Source: Basidiobolus meristosporus CBS 931.73
Taxonomy: Eukaryota > Fungi > Basidiobolomycota
Assembly (NCBI GenBank): GCA_002104905.1
Contig: MCFE01000208.1
Span: forward strand, 64,669 to 128,668
Reading direction: 5' to 3'
DNA: 64,000 nucleotides
A program made the translations under genes and the position numbers. Position 1 is the first letter of the stretch, and each line of letters begins with the position of its first letter. The notes below the pieces were generated by a model. The model did not search any database. It saw nothing but the letters and a program-made list of their open reading frames with translations, and was not told where the DNA came from. Shown one piece after another: positions 39,521-50,849 of the stretch.

Positions 39521-42500
39521 TGTTGTAAAAATTTGTAATTCCACCTAAATATTCACCTAGCTTAGTCACTTAGATCATTACCTTCAAATCCCAGAGAATA
39601 CTGACCAAATTCCTTGTTGGGATTTACTCAGAATATTTTCACCAAAATACCAGGTACCCAGAACATGAAAGTTCTCAAAGTAGTGCAAACAGCACCAAAC
39701 TTCAAACACATGCTCTTGGAACTTTCTTTAACCTATTCTATATGTTTTATATACCAAGACCATGTAAAAGTACAAATACTACTATAACATTCAATAAATC
39801 CACATAATCTACTTGTCCTCCCAATCACTTCCAATATCTCCAAGACTCTGACAGCAGGTTATGGGCCCCAAGCCATCACTATCTGCAATGTCTACTACTG
39901 CTATTACTGGAATTTTGCACTCTGCTGAGAAATTGGATGGATCCAACTACCAAGTGTGGAAGGTGAAGATGAGGATGCTGCTACAAGAAGAGCCCTTTGG
40001 GATATTGTCATGAGAGAAGAATGCCCCCCTGAAAATGTGGGAGAGGAGGCCTTAAAGTACCAGAAAAAAGAACAATGTGCCTTTAACTGCATTTGCCTTA
40101 ATGTTAAAGACAAATTGCTAATTCAATGCTCAAGAGCAAAAGTGGCAGAGAATGCCTGGAAGGCATAAGAAGACACCTACCAGTCATGCTCAGCTGCCAA
40201 GAAAATGTATCTGAGACAAAAAAGTTTTACTACAAAGATACTGCCAGGAGAAGAGATGAAAAATCTAATTGGCAGAATTACTCTGCTGGTAGATGAAATT
40301 GAATCTGTGGGCATACCAACTACTGGTGGAGATGTGATAGTTACCATCCTGAATAGCCTGACAGACAGGTTTCAGGGCTTTGTATCGGCCCTAGAATCCA
40401 GAACTGATGATTTGACCTTAAATTACATATATGGAAGGCTCCTGGATGAAGAATTAAGAAAAGCAAGCGCCAATAAGAAGGAAGAGGAAAATGCTTTAAT
40501 AAGCAATGATAACCAACAAAGGAGGTACCCAAGGCCCTACAAAGGCAACAGCAACCTGTTTTGCAACTACTGCACAAGGAAAGGACACACATCAGACAAG
40601 TGTCTCAACAGGAGTGATAATCAGCAAAAGAAGCCTGAATATGGAAATTCGGCAACAACTAAAGATATACTATTCATATCTGCACTAAATATGACCACAA
40701 ACAAGGATTCTCATATGTGGTACATTGACTCTGGATCATCTCAACACTTAACACACCAGTTAGAACTTTTTAGCCAATATCAAGAAATTCCAACTAAGAA
40801 GGTTTTCATGGGTGACAATAGAGCACTTGATGCAGTGGGAGAAGGAATTATCTAAGTAAACATAAGAAGCGGTGAAGGAAGCTGTACATTAATCTTTAAA
40901 AAAAGTACTTTATGTACCAAAAATGGCCAAGAACCTACTATCTGTAAGCAAGGCTACTGCAGAAGGACTCAGTTTCAGCTTTGACTATTCTGGATGCAAA
41001 ATTACTGATCAAAATGGTGCCCATATTGCTTTGGGTATCAGAAATCAGAATCTATACAAGTTGACTTATATTTCATCATATTTGGAAGCCAATATAAGTA
41101 ACTTAAATGAAGAAACACCAATGCTTTGGCACAGGAGTTTTGGGCACATCAATTTTTATTATTTACGCAAAATGTTCAAAGATCAGCTAATTTCTGGAGT
41201 AAAAATTGATCCCCCAGCTAGTTTGGAGAACTGTGAAGCCTGCATATATGGGAAACAAGCCAGACAACTGTTCAAGAGCTCAGGGTTAATCAAAACTAAT
41301 AAAATTAGATCTAATTCACCCAGATCTGTGTGGACCTATGCAAATTTATCCTTAGGAAGGATAAAGTATTTCATCACTTTTATTGATGATTATACAAGAT
41401 ACACATGGGTCTACTTCATTGAGAGAAAGGAAGAAGCTCTGTCTAAGTTCAGGGAGCTTAAAGTCATGGTGGAGAGAGAAACTGGTAAAAAAATCAAGAA
41501 ATTATGCTCTTACAATGGTAGAGAATATACCTGAAAACTCTTCATCCACTTCCGCAAAATTCAGGGGATAAAGCAAGAGACTACTGTACCATATTCCTCA
41601 CAGCAAAATGGAGTAGCAGAACATGCTAACAGATCAATAATTGATATGGCAAGATATATGATCCATGATCAAAGATTATCCTTTGATTTTTGAGCGGAAT
41701 CAGTTGCCACTGCTGTATACCTTAAAAATAGGAGTTATAACAGAGTACTTTGTGATTCTACTCCAGTTGAAACATGGTATGGGTACAGACCAAGTGCAGA
41801 GCACCTAAGAATATTTGGGTGTACATCATATGCCAACAAATTGCCCTGAAATCAGTCAAAATTTGAACCAAAACGTGTAAAATACATATTTTTGGGTTAC
41901 TGCAATATGAGTAATGCATACAGACTCTACAACACCAAAGTAAAGAAGCTGATCAAGTCCAGGGATGTGTTGTTTGATGAATATTCAAAGTTTTCACATA
42001 AATGACATTAGATGATAACAAAAATCTAATCTCAAGTCCACCAATTCTCAGGATTGAATTAGAGCAAAACAATGAGAATATTTTCACTCTAGAGGACTCT
42101 ACAACCATGGTTCAGCCTGAATCAGTGCCCAGAAATATCCCAGAAGTGAGCATTCCGGTATCAAATGCCCGGATATTTGTTATGAATAGACACAAGGCAG
42201 GAGAGTAGAGCTAGGCAAGGCAGGAACAGGAAAGGACTTAGGTGTGGATCAACAAGGCAAGGCGGATTTCCAAGGCAAGGCTGTTTATTCAAGACCTGTG
42301 TTTATCAGACTGAGGAATACTTAAGGGGGGATAGGACTATATATACTTTTTGGCTATACTGATGCCAAGAGATATTAGCTAATACTAATGGGGTTGTGGG
42401 GTGAGGCACAGCAATGGTGCTGGGGATAATGACATAGATGACACGGCACTGAGACAGGATGGGGAAATGGATTGGGTCACCTGATCATGTGACTAAGTCA

Positions 42501-42706
42501 TGTGACCTGGTATTTCCATATATGGGACTGGACTATGAAAAATACAATGGAAAGCTTCCATGGAATGTTCCATTGTGTAACAATGGTTTGGAATGGTCAG
42601 GAACTTTCTGGAAGGTGGTAGAAGGTTCCAGAAGGAATCTCTTAGAAATTGAGCTAGGAAGCTGAAACTTTGCATGGGTGTTCATGGTTGTCATGTGATC
42701 ATGACA

Positions 42707-44980
42707 CTATTCTCCTCTTCCAGGCAAAGCTCTGTTTCCCTTTGGGGCAGGTTTTGCAGGATATTGTTGGTGGAACTGGGTAACTAGTTCTTGACAATTA
42801 GTGAGATATGTAGCTGGTTCCCATGTTTGGTCACTTGGGCTATAACCAATCCAGTCTACTAAGTAGTACAGCTTTGACCGGATATACTTGGAGTCTAGTA
42901 TCTGTTTAACTTCAAATTCTTGATGTTGGTCAACCTGGATAGCTTGGGGCTTTGCTTCTTGCCGGTTTGGCAAGGTGTTCCTACAATACGGCTCCAGGAG
43001 GGACACATGGAAAGTATCATGGATTTTCATACTTGCTGGTAACTGTAGCTGATATACTATAGGGCTAAGCTTCTTCTTGATCTTGAAGGGACCAAGTTTC
43101 TTGAAATCCAACTTGTCACAAGAGCGGTTGGTGCTGATGTTTCTTCTGAGCAACCATACAGAATCTCCTTCATTAAGATCAGGGCTGGGATGCCGTTTTA
43201 GATTGGCAAATTTCTTGTAGCTTTCCTGAGCTAAGGATAGCTCTTCCTTGAGGGTGTTCTGGATGTCCTGGATTGCTTGGGCATGTTCAGCCGCATGTGG
43301 GCTCATTGGGTTTGTTGGAATCTGGATATCAAACTGAGGGTGGAATCCATAGTTTGCATAGAATGGTGTAAACCTGGTTGCACTATGACTTGAGTTGTTG
43401 TAGGCAAACTCAGCAACAGGGAGTAGATCAACCCAATTGTCTTGCTGGTAACTGATATAGCACCGGAGGTATTGCTCTAGAATCTGGTTGATTCTTTCAG
43501 TCTGGCCATCAGACTGTGGATGGAAGGCAGTAGAGAGCTTGACTTGAACACCAAGGTATTGCATGAAGTGTTTCCAAAACTTGGACACAAACTGTGGGCC
43601 TCTATCTGACACAATATCATTGGGGATACCATGAAGGCGGAAAATATTCTTCAGGACTAAAGCAGCAGTTTCTTTTGCATCAGTGTTCTTACAGCAAGGG
43701 ATAAAGTGAGCCATCTTGGTCAGCCGGTCAGCCACTACAAGTATAGCGTTGAAGCCACATGACTCAGGGAGGTCAGTAATGAAGTCCATAGATATAGATC
43801 TCCATTGGTGTTCTGGGATAGGCAGGGGCTGAAGAAGTCCATAGGGCTGGTGTCTGGCTGGTTTTGCACGGTTGCAAATATCACAAGTCAGAATGTACTC
43901 TTTGATAAGAGTTATCATTCTAGGCCACCAGAAATCTCTTTTGATAGCATTCAAGGTTTTGGCAGTACCAAAGTGGCCTGCAGCCATTGAATCATGCCAA
44001 GACATAATGATGTCTAGCTGGGTGGCAAGGTCTGGGACATAAAGCTGCTGCTTGTGGTAGATGAGGTTGTTTACCAAATGCAGGTTCTGGATGTTTGGGA
44101 ACTTGGGAGGGGGCCCAACTGGGGATTCCAGATATTTTGTGATGGTGCTGGAAGTCATATCAGAGGCATGGGATTCTGATATCCTTACTAGGAATGAAGG
44201 GATGACAAGACTTGAGGACTGGGTGGCAAGAATCTCAAAATGTTTCTTGCTCAGCAGTGGGTGTTCCATTTGCCAACAGGCATCATCTCCCTCTTCCAGG
44301 GCATATTCCTTTTTTCTGGACAGGGCATCAGGCTTTCCTTGCTTTGCACCAGGTCTATAGGTGATAGTAAAGTCAAAGCTGGACAGGAAGAGTGACCATC
44401 TGGCTTGTCTCCGGTTTAGTACTTTGGAAGTTGCAAAGTACTCAAGGTTCTTATGGTCACAGAAGACTTTGATTTTGTGTTTTGCACCATCCAGGTAGTG
44501 TCTCCATTGCTCAAAGGCCACAATGATGGCAAGCAACTCCTTATCATAGATACCATAGTTGATCTCTGCTGGGGAAAACTTCCGAGAGTAGAATACAATG
44601 GGGTGCAACACATTGTCCTCATCATACTGGGAGAGTATGGCACCAAGGGCAAAATCAGAAGCATCAGTCTCCACTATGAATTGCTTCTCAAGGTCAGGGT
44701 GGGCAAGCAGGGGGGCCTTCAGGAAAGATTTCTTGAGTTGGTTGAATGAGCAGGATTGCTCTTCATTCCAGGCAAAAGGTGTGTTCTTCTGGGTAAGCTT
44801 TGTCAGAGGGGTGACTATCTTGGAGTAGTTGGCTATGAACCTGCAATAGAAGTTGGCAAATCCCAGGAAGGATTGTACTTCCTTGACTGAGCTTGGAGTT
44901 TTCCAGGACTGGACTGAGTCAACTTTCTTTGGGTCCATTCTTGTTCCCTCAGGGCTGATGAGGTAACCAAGAAATTCCAC
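42707..44980 (-). CDS. Open 757-codon pol segment of element E: RT thumb/connection, RNase H, integrase, chromodomain
   Basis: Uninterrupted ORF: FLGYLIS, ETDASDFALG, ISMDFIT, HPQSDGQTER, chromodomain. Disconnected from gag-pro by the RT deletion. Confidence 0.9.
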   Translation of the reverse strand: MEFLGYLISPEGTRMDPKKVDSVQSWKTPSSVKEVQSFLGFANFYCRFIANYSKIVTPLTKLTQKNTPFAWNEEQSCSFNQLKKSFLKAPLLAHPDLEKQFIVETDASDFALGAILSQYDEDNVLHPIVFYSRKFSPAEINYGIYDKELLAIIVAFEQWRHYLDGAKHKIKVFCDHKNLEYFATSKVLNRRQARWSLFLSSFDFTITYRPGAKQGKPDALSRKKEYALEEGDDACWQMEHPLLSKKHFEILATQSSSLVIPSFLVRISESHASDMTSSTITKYLESPVGPPPKFPNIQNLHLVNNLIYHKQQLYVPDLATQLDIIMSWHDSMAAGHFGTAKTLNAIKRDFWWPRMITLIKEYILTCDICNRAKPARHQPYGLLQPLPIPEHQWRSISMDFITDLPESCGFNAILVVADRLTKMAHFIPCCKNTDAKETAALVLKNIFRLHGIPNDIVSDRGPQFVSKFWKHFMQYLGVQVKLSTAFHPQSDGQTERINQILEQYLRCYISYQQDNWVDLLPVAEFAYNNSSHSATRFTPFYANYGFHPQFDIQIPTNPMSPHAAEHAQAIQDIQNTLKEELSLAQESYKKFANLKRHPSPDLNEGDSVWLLRRNISTNRSCDKLDFKKLGPFKIKKKLSPIVYQLQLPASMKIHDTFHVSLLEPYCRNTLPNRQEAKPQAIQVDQHQEFEVKQILDSKYIRSKLYYLVDWIGYSPSDQTWEPATYLTNCQELVTQFHQQYPAKPAPKGNRALPGRGE

Positions 44981-44990
44981 TTCTCTCTGG

Positions 44991-46591
44991 TCAAATTCTC
45001 ACTTCTCTAACTTCAAGGTCAATAGGGCAGTCATAAGGCCAATGGTCAGGGAGGAGTTCTGCTTTCTTCTTGTCAAAGACATGGGCAAACTCTTGGTACG
45101 TGGCTGGTATAGTTGCTGAGGGGGCTCCTTCAGCTGGCAAGGTATCATGGGCTGTTGAACTGTTGGCAACTGTCTTTTCACGGTTATCAGGGTCTGGAGA
45201 TTTCATGGAGTTGACTTGGTGGCATCTGGTGAATGACAGGATCTTGGATTTCCAATCAATACTCGGATTGTGGTAGCTCAACCATGAGCTTCCAAGCACA
45301 ATAGGATAGTGTGGTGAGTTGATGATGTTGAAGGCAATTCTTTCTTGGTGGGCAGTACTGGACAGCTGGAGTAAGCATGTTTCATGGGTAACGGCACCAG
45401 AGGAGAGTGATCTTCCATCAATAACTTCTACTTGGACTGGACAGGATTTCAAGGTAACAGGAATAGAGTGCTTCTGGACAAAGGCTTGGTCAATGAAACA
45501 GGATGAAGCACTGGAATCAATCAGGGCTAGGGCTGGGACAGGACCAGAGTCAGGGATCTGGATTTTGACAGGCATTCTCAAGGACTGGATAGATTTTGTG
45601 GCAAAGGAAGATTCTTGGATATGCTGGATTTTCATGGGTGGGTCCAGTTGCAAGCCTGTCAGTGCAACTGGACATTGGAGTTTCCCGACAGATCTGGATC
45701 AGGTTGGTTGCTGGAGGACTGCATCAGCTTGAAGCTGGACTTCTTGTTAGGGCAGGACTTGGCAAAGTGACCTGGTTGGCCACAGTATAGACAGAGGTTG
45801 GCTTGTTGACGTCTGGACTTTTCACTCTTTGATAGTTTCTTGTATTTGGCACTATCAATCTGCATAGGATCTTCTGGAGTGACTTGGGGAGCAGGAGGGG
45901 CTGGGACTGCAACAGGAATGTGTCTTTGACGGTTCTTTTGCTTCTTCTGGAATAGTCTGTTATCACACCGGATTGCTTGGTGCATAGCTTCAACCAATGT
46001 ATCTGGATCTGGGAGTGTGAGTAGCAGATCACAAACTTCATCATTGAGGCCATCTTGGAATTGGCTAATCAAGGCTGCTTGACCCCAGGAGCTGAGGTCA
46101 CTGGAGAGTTGTCAGAATTCTGAGGCATAGACTGATGCTGGTTTGTTCCCTTGCTTGAGGGTCTTGATCTTGTTGGCAGCAGTTCTGGCTTGGTCAAGGT
46201 CACCAAATGTTAGCTCCATTTCAGTGAGGAAAGCTTGGTAGTCTCTGAGGAGGGGAGAGTTGGTCTCCACTAATGGGGAGAACCACTTGAGAGCTGTACC
46301 AGTAAGCAGGTTGGAGATGAAACCAACTTTGGCCTGGTCAGTGGGGTACCGGTTGGGCTGGAGTGCAAGATTGTTCTTCACCATGTTGATGAAGCCATGG
46401 AATTCATTCTGAGAGCCATTGAACTTGGTAGGAGGAGTATACTTGGGTTCTTGGTAGACTGGGACATGGCTAGTTTGCTGGACACTTTGGTTCTGGAACT
46501 GAGCAAGAGTGTTTCTGAGGTCTGCATGGTCTTGCTGCAGTTGGGTAAAGGCAGCCATGAGCTGGGCAAAGTTCAGCTCTAGGTTGGACAT
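44991..46591 (-). pseudogene. gag (ATG at 46591, one internal TGA) and protease (-1 frame) of element E
   Basis: MSNLELNFAQ.., PTKFNG, EDPMQID, CLYCGQPGHFAKSC. The protease frame overlaps the gag end and terminates at 44991 after the deletion junction. Confidence 0.85.
45642..45686 (-). promoter_or_regulatory. -1 programmed ribosomal frameshift signal: G GGA AAC, 6-nt spacer, 11-bp stem-loop
   Basis: On the minus strand: GGGAAAC (45686-45680), tccaat, GTCCAGTTGCA-ctgacaggct-TGCAACTGGAC. The -1 frame is open into the protease. Confidence 0.85.
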
Positions 46592-46984
46592 GGTAGCAGA
46601 GGAAGGCGGATGAACTTGCAAGGAATACTGGAATATACTAAACTAGATTGTGGGTTTGTAAAGCCACTAGTATGTCAAGAATACAACTATTGAGCCACAA
46701 TCCCCAACTTAAATAAGTTAGCGTCACTTCAGAAGGTACTGGTTTCAATGTCCTTTGATAGAGTATTGTACTAAAGCTTCCAATACTGTAACAACTGTAA
46801 ACTCCACCAGCAGGGTAATAAAGTGAATGCAGCTTTGACCAATAGTTTTACAAAGATAAAGTATCTTTCCCTTTATAGGACAAGACTAGGGAAAGATGAT
46901 GGGTGATACTTACGGTGAGTATTCCTTTTACAAGTTTTCTTCAAACTTTGGGCAGAAGGCAGGGATCCACAGGTAAGTCAGGGG

Positions 46985-46995
46985 AGTCTGATAAA
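46985..46995 (-). promoter_or_regulatory. Self-priming-type primer binding site of element E
   Basis: TTTATCAGACT, 2 nt inside the 5-prime LTR, is the exact reverse complement of AGTCTGATAAA within the LTR (47123-47113). Confidence 0.8.
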
Positions 46996-49534
46996 ACTGT
47001 TATGAATAGACACAAGGCAGGAGGAAAAGCTAGGCATGGCAGGAAAGAACTTAGGTGTGGACCATCAAGGCAAGGCAGGATTCAAGGCAAGGCTGTTTAT
47101 TCAAGACCTGTGTTTATCAGACTGAGGAATACTTAAGGGGGGATAGGACTATATATACTTTTTGGCTATACTGATGCCGAGAGATATTAGCTAATACTAA
47201 TGGGGTTGTGGGGTGAGGCACAGCAATGGTGCTGGGGATAATGACATAGATGACACGGCACTGAGACAGGATGGGGAAATGGATTGGGTCACCTGATCAT
47301 GCGACTAAGTCATGTGACCTGGTATTTCCATATATGGGACTGGACTATGAAAAATACAATGGAAAGCTTCCATGGAATGTTCCATTGTGTAACAATGGTT
47401 TGGAATGGTCAGGAACTTTCTGGAAGGTGGTAGAAGGTTCCAGAAGGAATCTCTTAGAAATTGAGCTAGGAAGCTGAAACTTTGCATGGGTGTTCATGGT
47501 TGTCATGTGATCATGACAATATCCAATTGGACAAGATATAGCCTAAATTACTACATTAATGAGGGTACAAACTTAGCCTATGCCTATTCAGTCCATATTG
47601 ATGAACCCTAGACTGTAAAAGAGGCCCTAAATAGCCCTCATATGAAGTCTTGGATATCTGCAATGACTGATTAATATCATGTCCTGATGGAAAATCAAAC
47701 TTAGGACTTAGTCAAATTACCAATCAACCACAAATCAATTGGATGCATATGGGTCTTGAAGACAAAATACAAGGCCAATAGTTCAATCAAAAGATACCAA
47801 GCAAGACTTGTGGCCAAAAGAAACTCTCAAACAAAAGGACTTGACAATACTGGCATCTTTGCACCAGTAGCCAAGTCTAACTCCATCAGATTAGTATAGG
47901 CTATTGAAGCCAAATATAAATTTTTTATTCATCAGCTGGATGTAAAAGCTGCACTTTGAATGGAGATCTTGATGAGGATGTGTATATAGACCAGCCAGAT
48001 AGGTTTGTTGATCAAGATAACCCCCATTTGGCCTGCAAGCTAAAAAAGTCACTATATGGTCTCAAACAATTACCAAGAGCCTGGAATTGCAAGATAGATT
48101 CTTATTTGGACTCTTTGAGTTTCAAAAGGAGTAATGCTGACTATAGTATACACTATGAGCTAGATAGAGCAAATCCAGTTCTATTAGCTCTATATGTGGA
48201 TGATCTTATTATAGCCACCAATAACCTAGAAGCATTGGAAGAGAATAAATCCAGCATTTCCAAGGAGTTCAAGATGTCCAATCTTGGAGAGCTCAGTTAC
48301 TACTTAGTGATTAGGTTCTCTATAGACAGAAGTACCCAGACTATCACCCTAAGCCAATCCAAGTATATTCAAGATATACTAAAGAAGTACCAAATGGAAG
48401 ACTGTAAACTGGCAGCTGCCCCAATGGAAACAAACCTTAACTTGATCAAAACTCAACCAAATCAAGAGGGCTTGGTGCCATCTGAAAGTCCTGACTTTCC
48501 TTATCAATCTATGGTTGGTAGTCAGATGTATATCATGCTTGAAAAACACGTCCACATATCTCATATTCAGTGGGAGTTGTCAGCCAACATAATCAGAACT
48601 ATGGATCTGATCATATTGCAGTAGTTAAGCAGATTTTTAGATACCTGAAAGGAACTGCTGATATCTGCTTAAGATACCCTTATAAGCATTCAGAACAGGA
48701 TCTTTTGGGATACTCTGATGCTGATTGGGGTTGAAATTTGGAAGACAGAAGATCCACCACAGGATACACCTTTCTTTACTGTCAGGGAGCAATTTCATGG
48801 AATTCAAGAAAGCAACCAACTGTAGCACTCTCTACTACAGAAGCAGAGTACATGGCAGCCTGTGAAGCTACAAAAGAGGCAATGCGGTCAAGAAAGCTTC
48901 TTACAGATTTAGGCCTATGTCAAAAAATGCCTATTACTTTATTTCAAGATAATCAAGGATGAATACAATTAGGTAGAAATCCAACTTTTCATGCTAGAGC
49001 CAGCACATAGCTAGTAGACATCATTTCATACGTGAAGCTATAGAGAATAGCTTAGTTAGCTTAGTTTACTGTCCTACATATAAAATGATTGCAGACATAT
49101 TTACCAAACCATTAGCTAGAGACAAGTTTGAATATCTTAGTTCAAAATTAGGACTAGTCAGTTTGAACATTTAGCTGAGTAAGAGTGTTGTAAAAGTTTG
49201 CATTTCTACCTAAATACTCACCTGACTTAGTCACTTAGATCATTATCTTCCAATCCTAGAGAATACTGACCAAATTCCTTGTCAGGATTTACTTAAAATA
49301 TTTTCACCAAAATGCCAGGTACCCAGAACATGAAAATTACATAAGTTGTCCAAACAGCCCCAGACTTTGCACACATGTTCTTGGGACCTTCTTTAGCCTA
49401 TTCTTTGTGCTTGTTATGCCAAGACCATGTAAAAGTATAAATACTGCTTTTACATTTAATAAATCATTAAGTGAAACCACAAAATCTACTTGTTCTCCCA
49501 AATCACTTCCTATATCTAAAAGACTCTTATAACA

Positions 49535-50830
49535 AAAATCACCGCAGAAGACCATTGCAATGGTATCAGCTTGGAATTAATGACCATCTACACAATCTTA
49601 TGAGAGGATCCCAACAATGATTGGCTAAGTTTACCTCCAAATAAAGTTAAAAAACATAAAGGTGTTCAAACAGTGTTTTGCCAAGGGTGGCATGGCATGG
49701 TTGTGGTCTTAGTGCACTCAACAACTATTTGAGTGGATCCCACCCACCAATACATCCAATTGCCTTAGTAGATGTATCAGAAAAGCATTTATCAATGAGA
49801 AATTGTTATTTAACTCAAGAAGCACTCAGCCATAGTAGCAGTGAAAGACTTGGCAGTCATAAAGGAGAAGATAAAGGAAAAAAAGTCTACCCAAGCCAGA
49901 GAAAGGGAAGTGTAAGAAAAAAGCTGCAGTTTTTGCCAATTAATGCCATAAGCCCAGAAAAGACTGGATCCCATCAGAGCCAAGAAGAATTACCAACAAG
50001 AAAACAACTGTTTTCACAAGAGTTGGAAGTGCAGCCAGTTGAGCTATACTCCAGTGAGGTAGATGAGTTTACAGAGAAAGACAATTTGTCTACAACAGCC
50101 TCCACATTCTTTGTTGTTGACAGAGTGGCAATCCCACCTACAGACAAAGTAACAATGTCAAGAACTCAAAAGGTTATCACAATGCCTTCAGTGGAATTTT
50201 GGGGCATTAATAGGAGCACCAAGAGGTTGCAGCACTTCTTCAAGAGCAGTGGTCAGGAATACGCACTTGAATATTACAAGGACATATTGCAAAGACTGGC
50301 AGATGAGGTGCTAGACCTTGCAGTGCTGGCTGAAAACCTGGACATATGGAAACAGTGAATGAATAGTGGAATAAAGCTATTGGGTTCCCACCAAAGTCAT
50401 GGAAACACAGCATTACAGCAGAAATACCTATTGAGTAGTAGATTTTGAAAGAGTCACTTGTTGAGTGTGGGGTTGAGCTTAATGTTAGTGTAGGTATAAG
50501 GACTTGTATAGGTCAATACAATTGGCAATTGCGGCACAACTGAAGTTTGATTTGAGGTACAAATGAACCTTCAATGGAAATAAATCAATTGGTTTGTATG
50601 AAAAGTAAGAGAAATAGCTCAGTCAGCAAATAAGGAGTGTGAAATACTGGTAATTGTCAATCAATGTACATAAATGTAGGAGGTGATTGGGCCTCTAGAA
50701 TCAGAAAGTTAGAGAATTGGCCAAGAACCAATTAAAAGCCACACATGTATTGTTGTGTTCACAGCATCATCACAATTATTTTTCATAGGATGTAGGGCAT
50801 CAGTGCTTGTAATAACAGAGCAGCTTAACA
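49535..50830 (+). pseudogene. CACTA accessory gene fragment and 3-prime region
   Basis: ORF 49678-50358 (QEELPTRKQLF..EFWGINRSTKRLQHFF..LQRLADEVLDLAVL); reverse-complement match to 1-500 and 7320-7870. Confidence 0.7.
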
Positions 50831-50849
50831 AGGGATATCCTTAAGTAGA

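Larger units (their letters stand above)
42178..47518 (-). mobile_element. Young chromodomain Ty3/Gypsy (chromovirus, Tf1/sushi-like) element E, RT-deleted
   Basis: LTRs 42178-42706 and 46998-47518, TSD ATATT/ATATC, PPT gaagaggagaatag next to 42706. gag with CCHC, LIDSSAS protease, RNase H, integrase (HHCC, DDE, GPF) and chromodomain (YYLVDWIGY..TWEP). Confidence 0.96.
39521..49534 (+). mobile_element. Ty1/Copia element A2 with nested Ty3 element
   Basis: LTRs 39521-39856 and 49186-49534, PBS GGTTATGGGCCC, gag-PR-IN, then RT (KKSLYGLKQ, LYVDD) and RH ([14 protein letters not shown]) after 47519. No TSD found. Confidence 0.9.
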
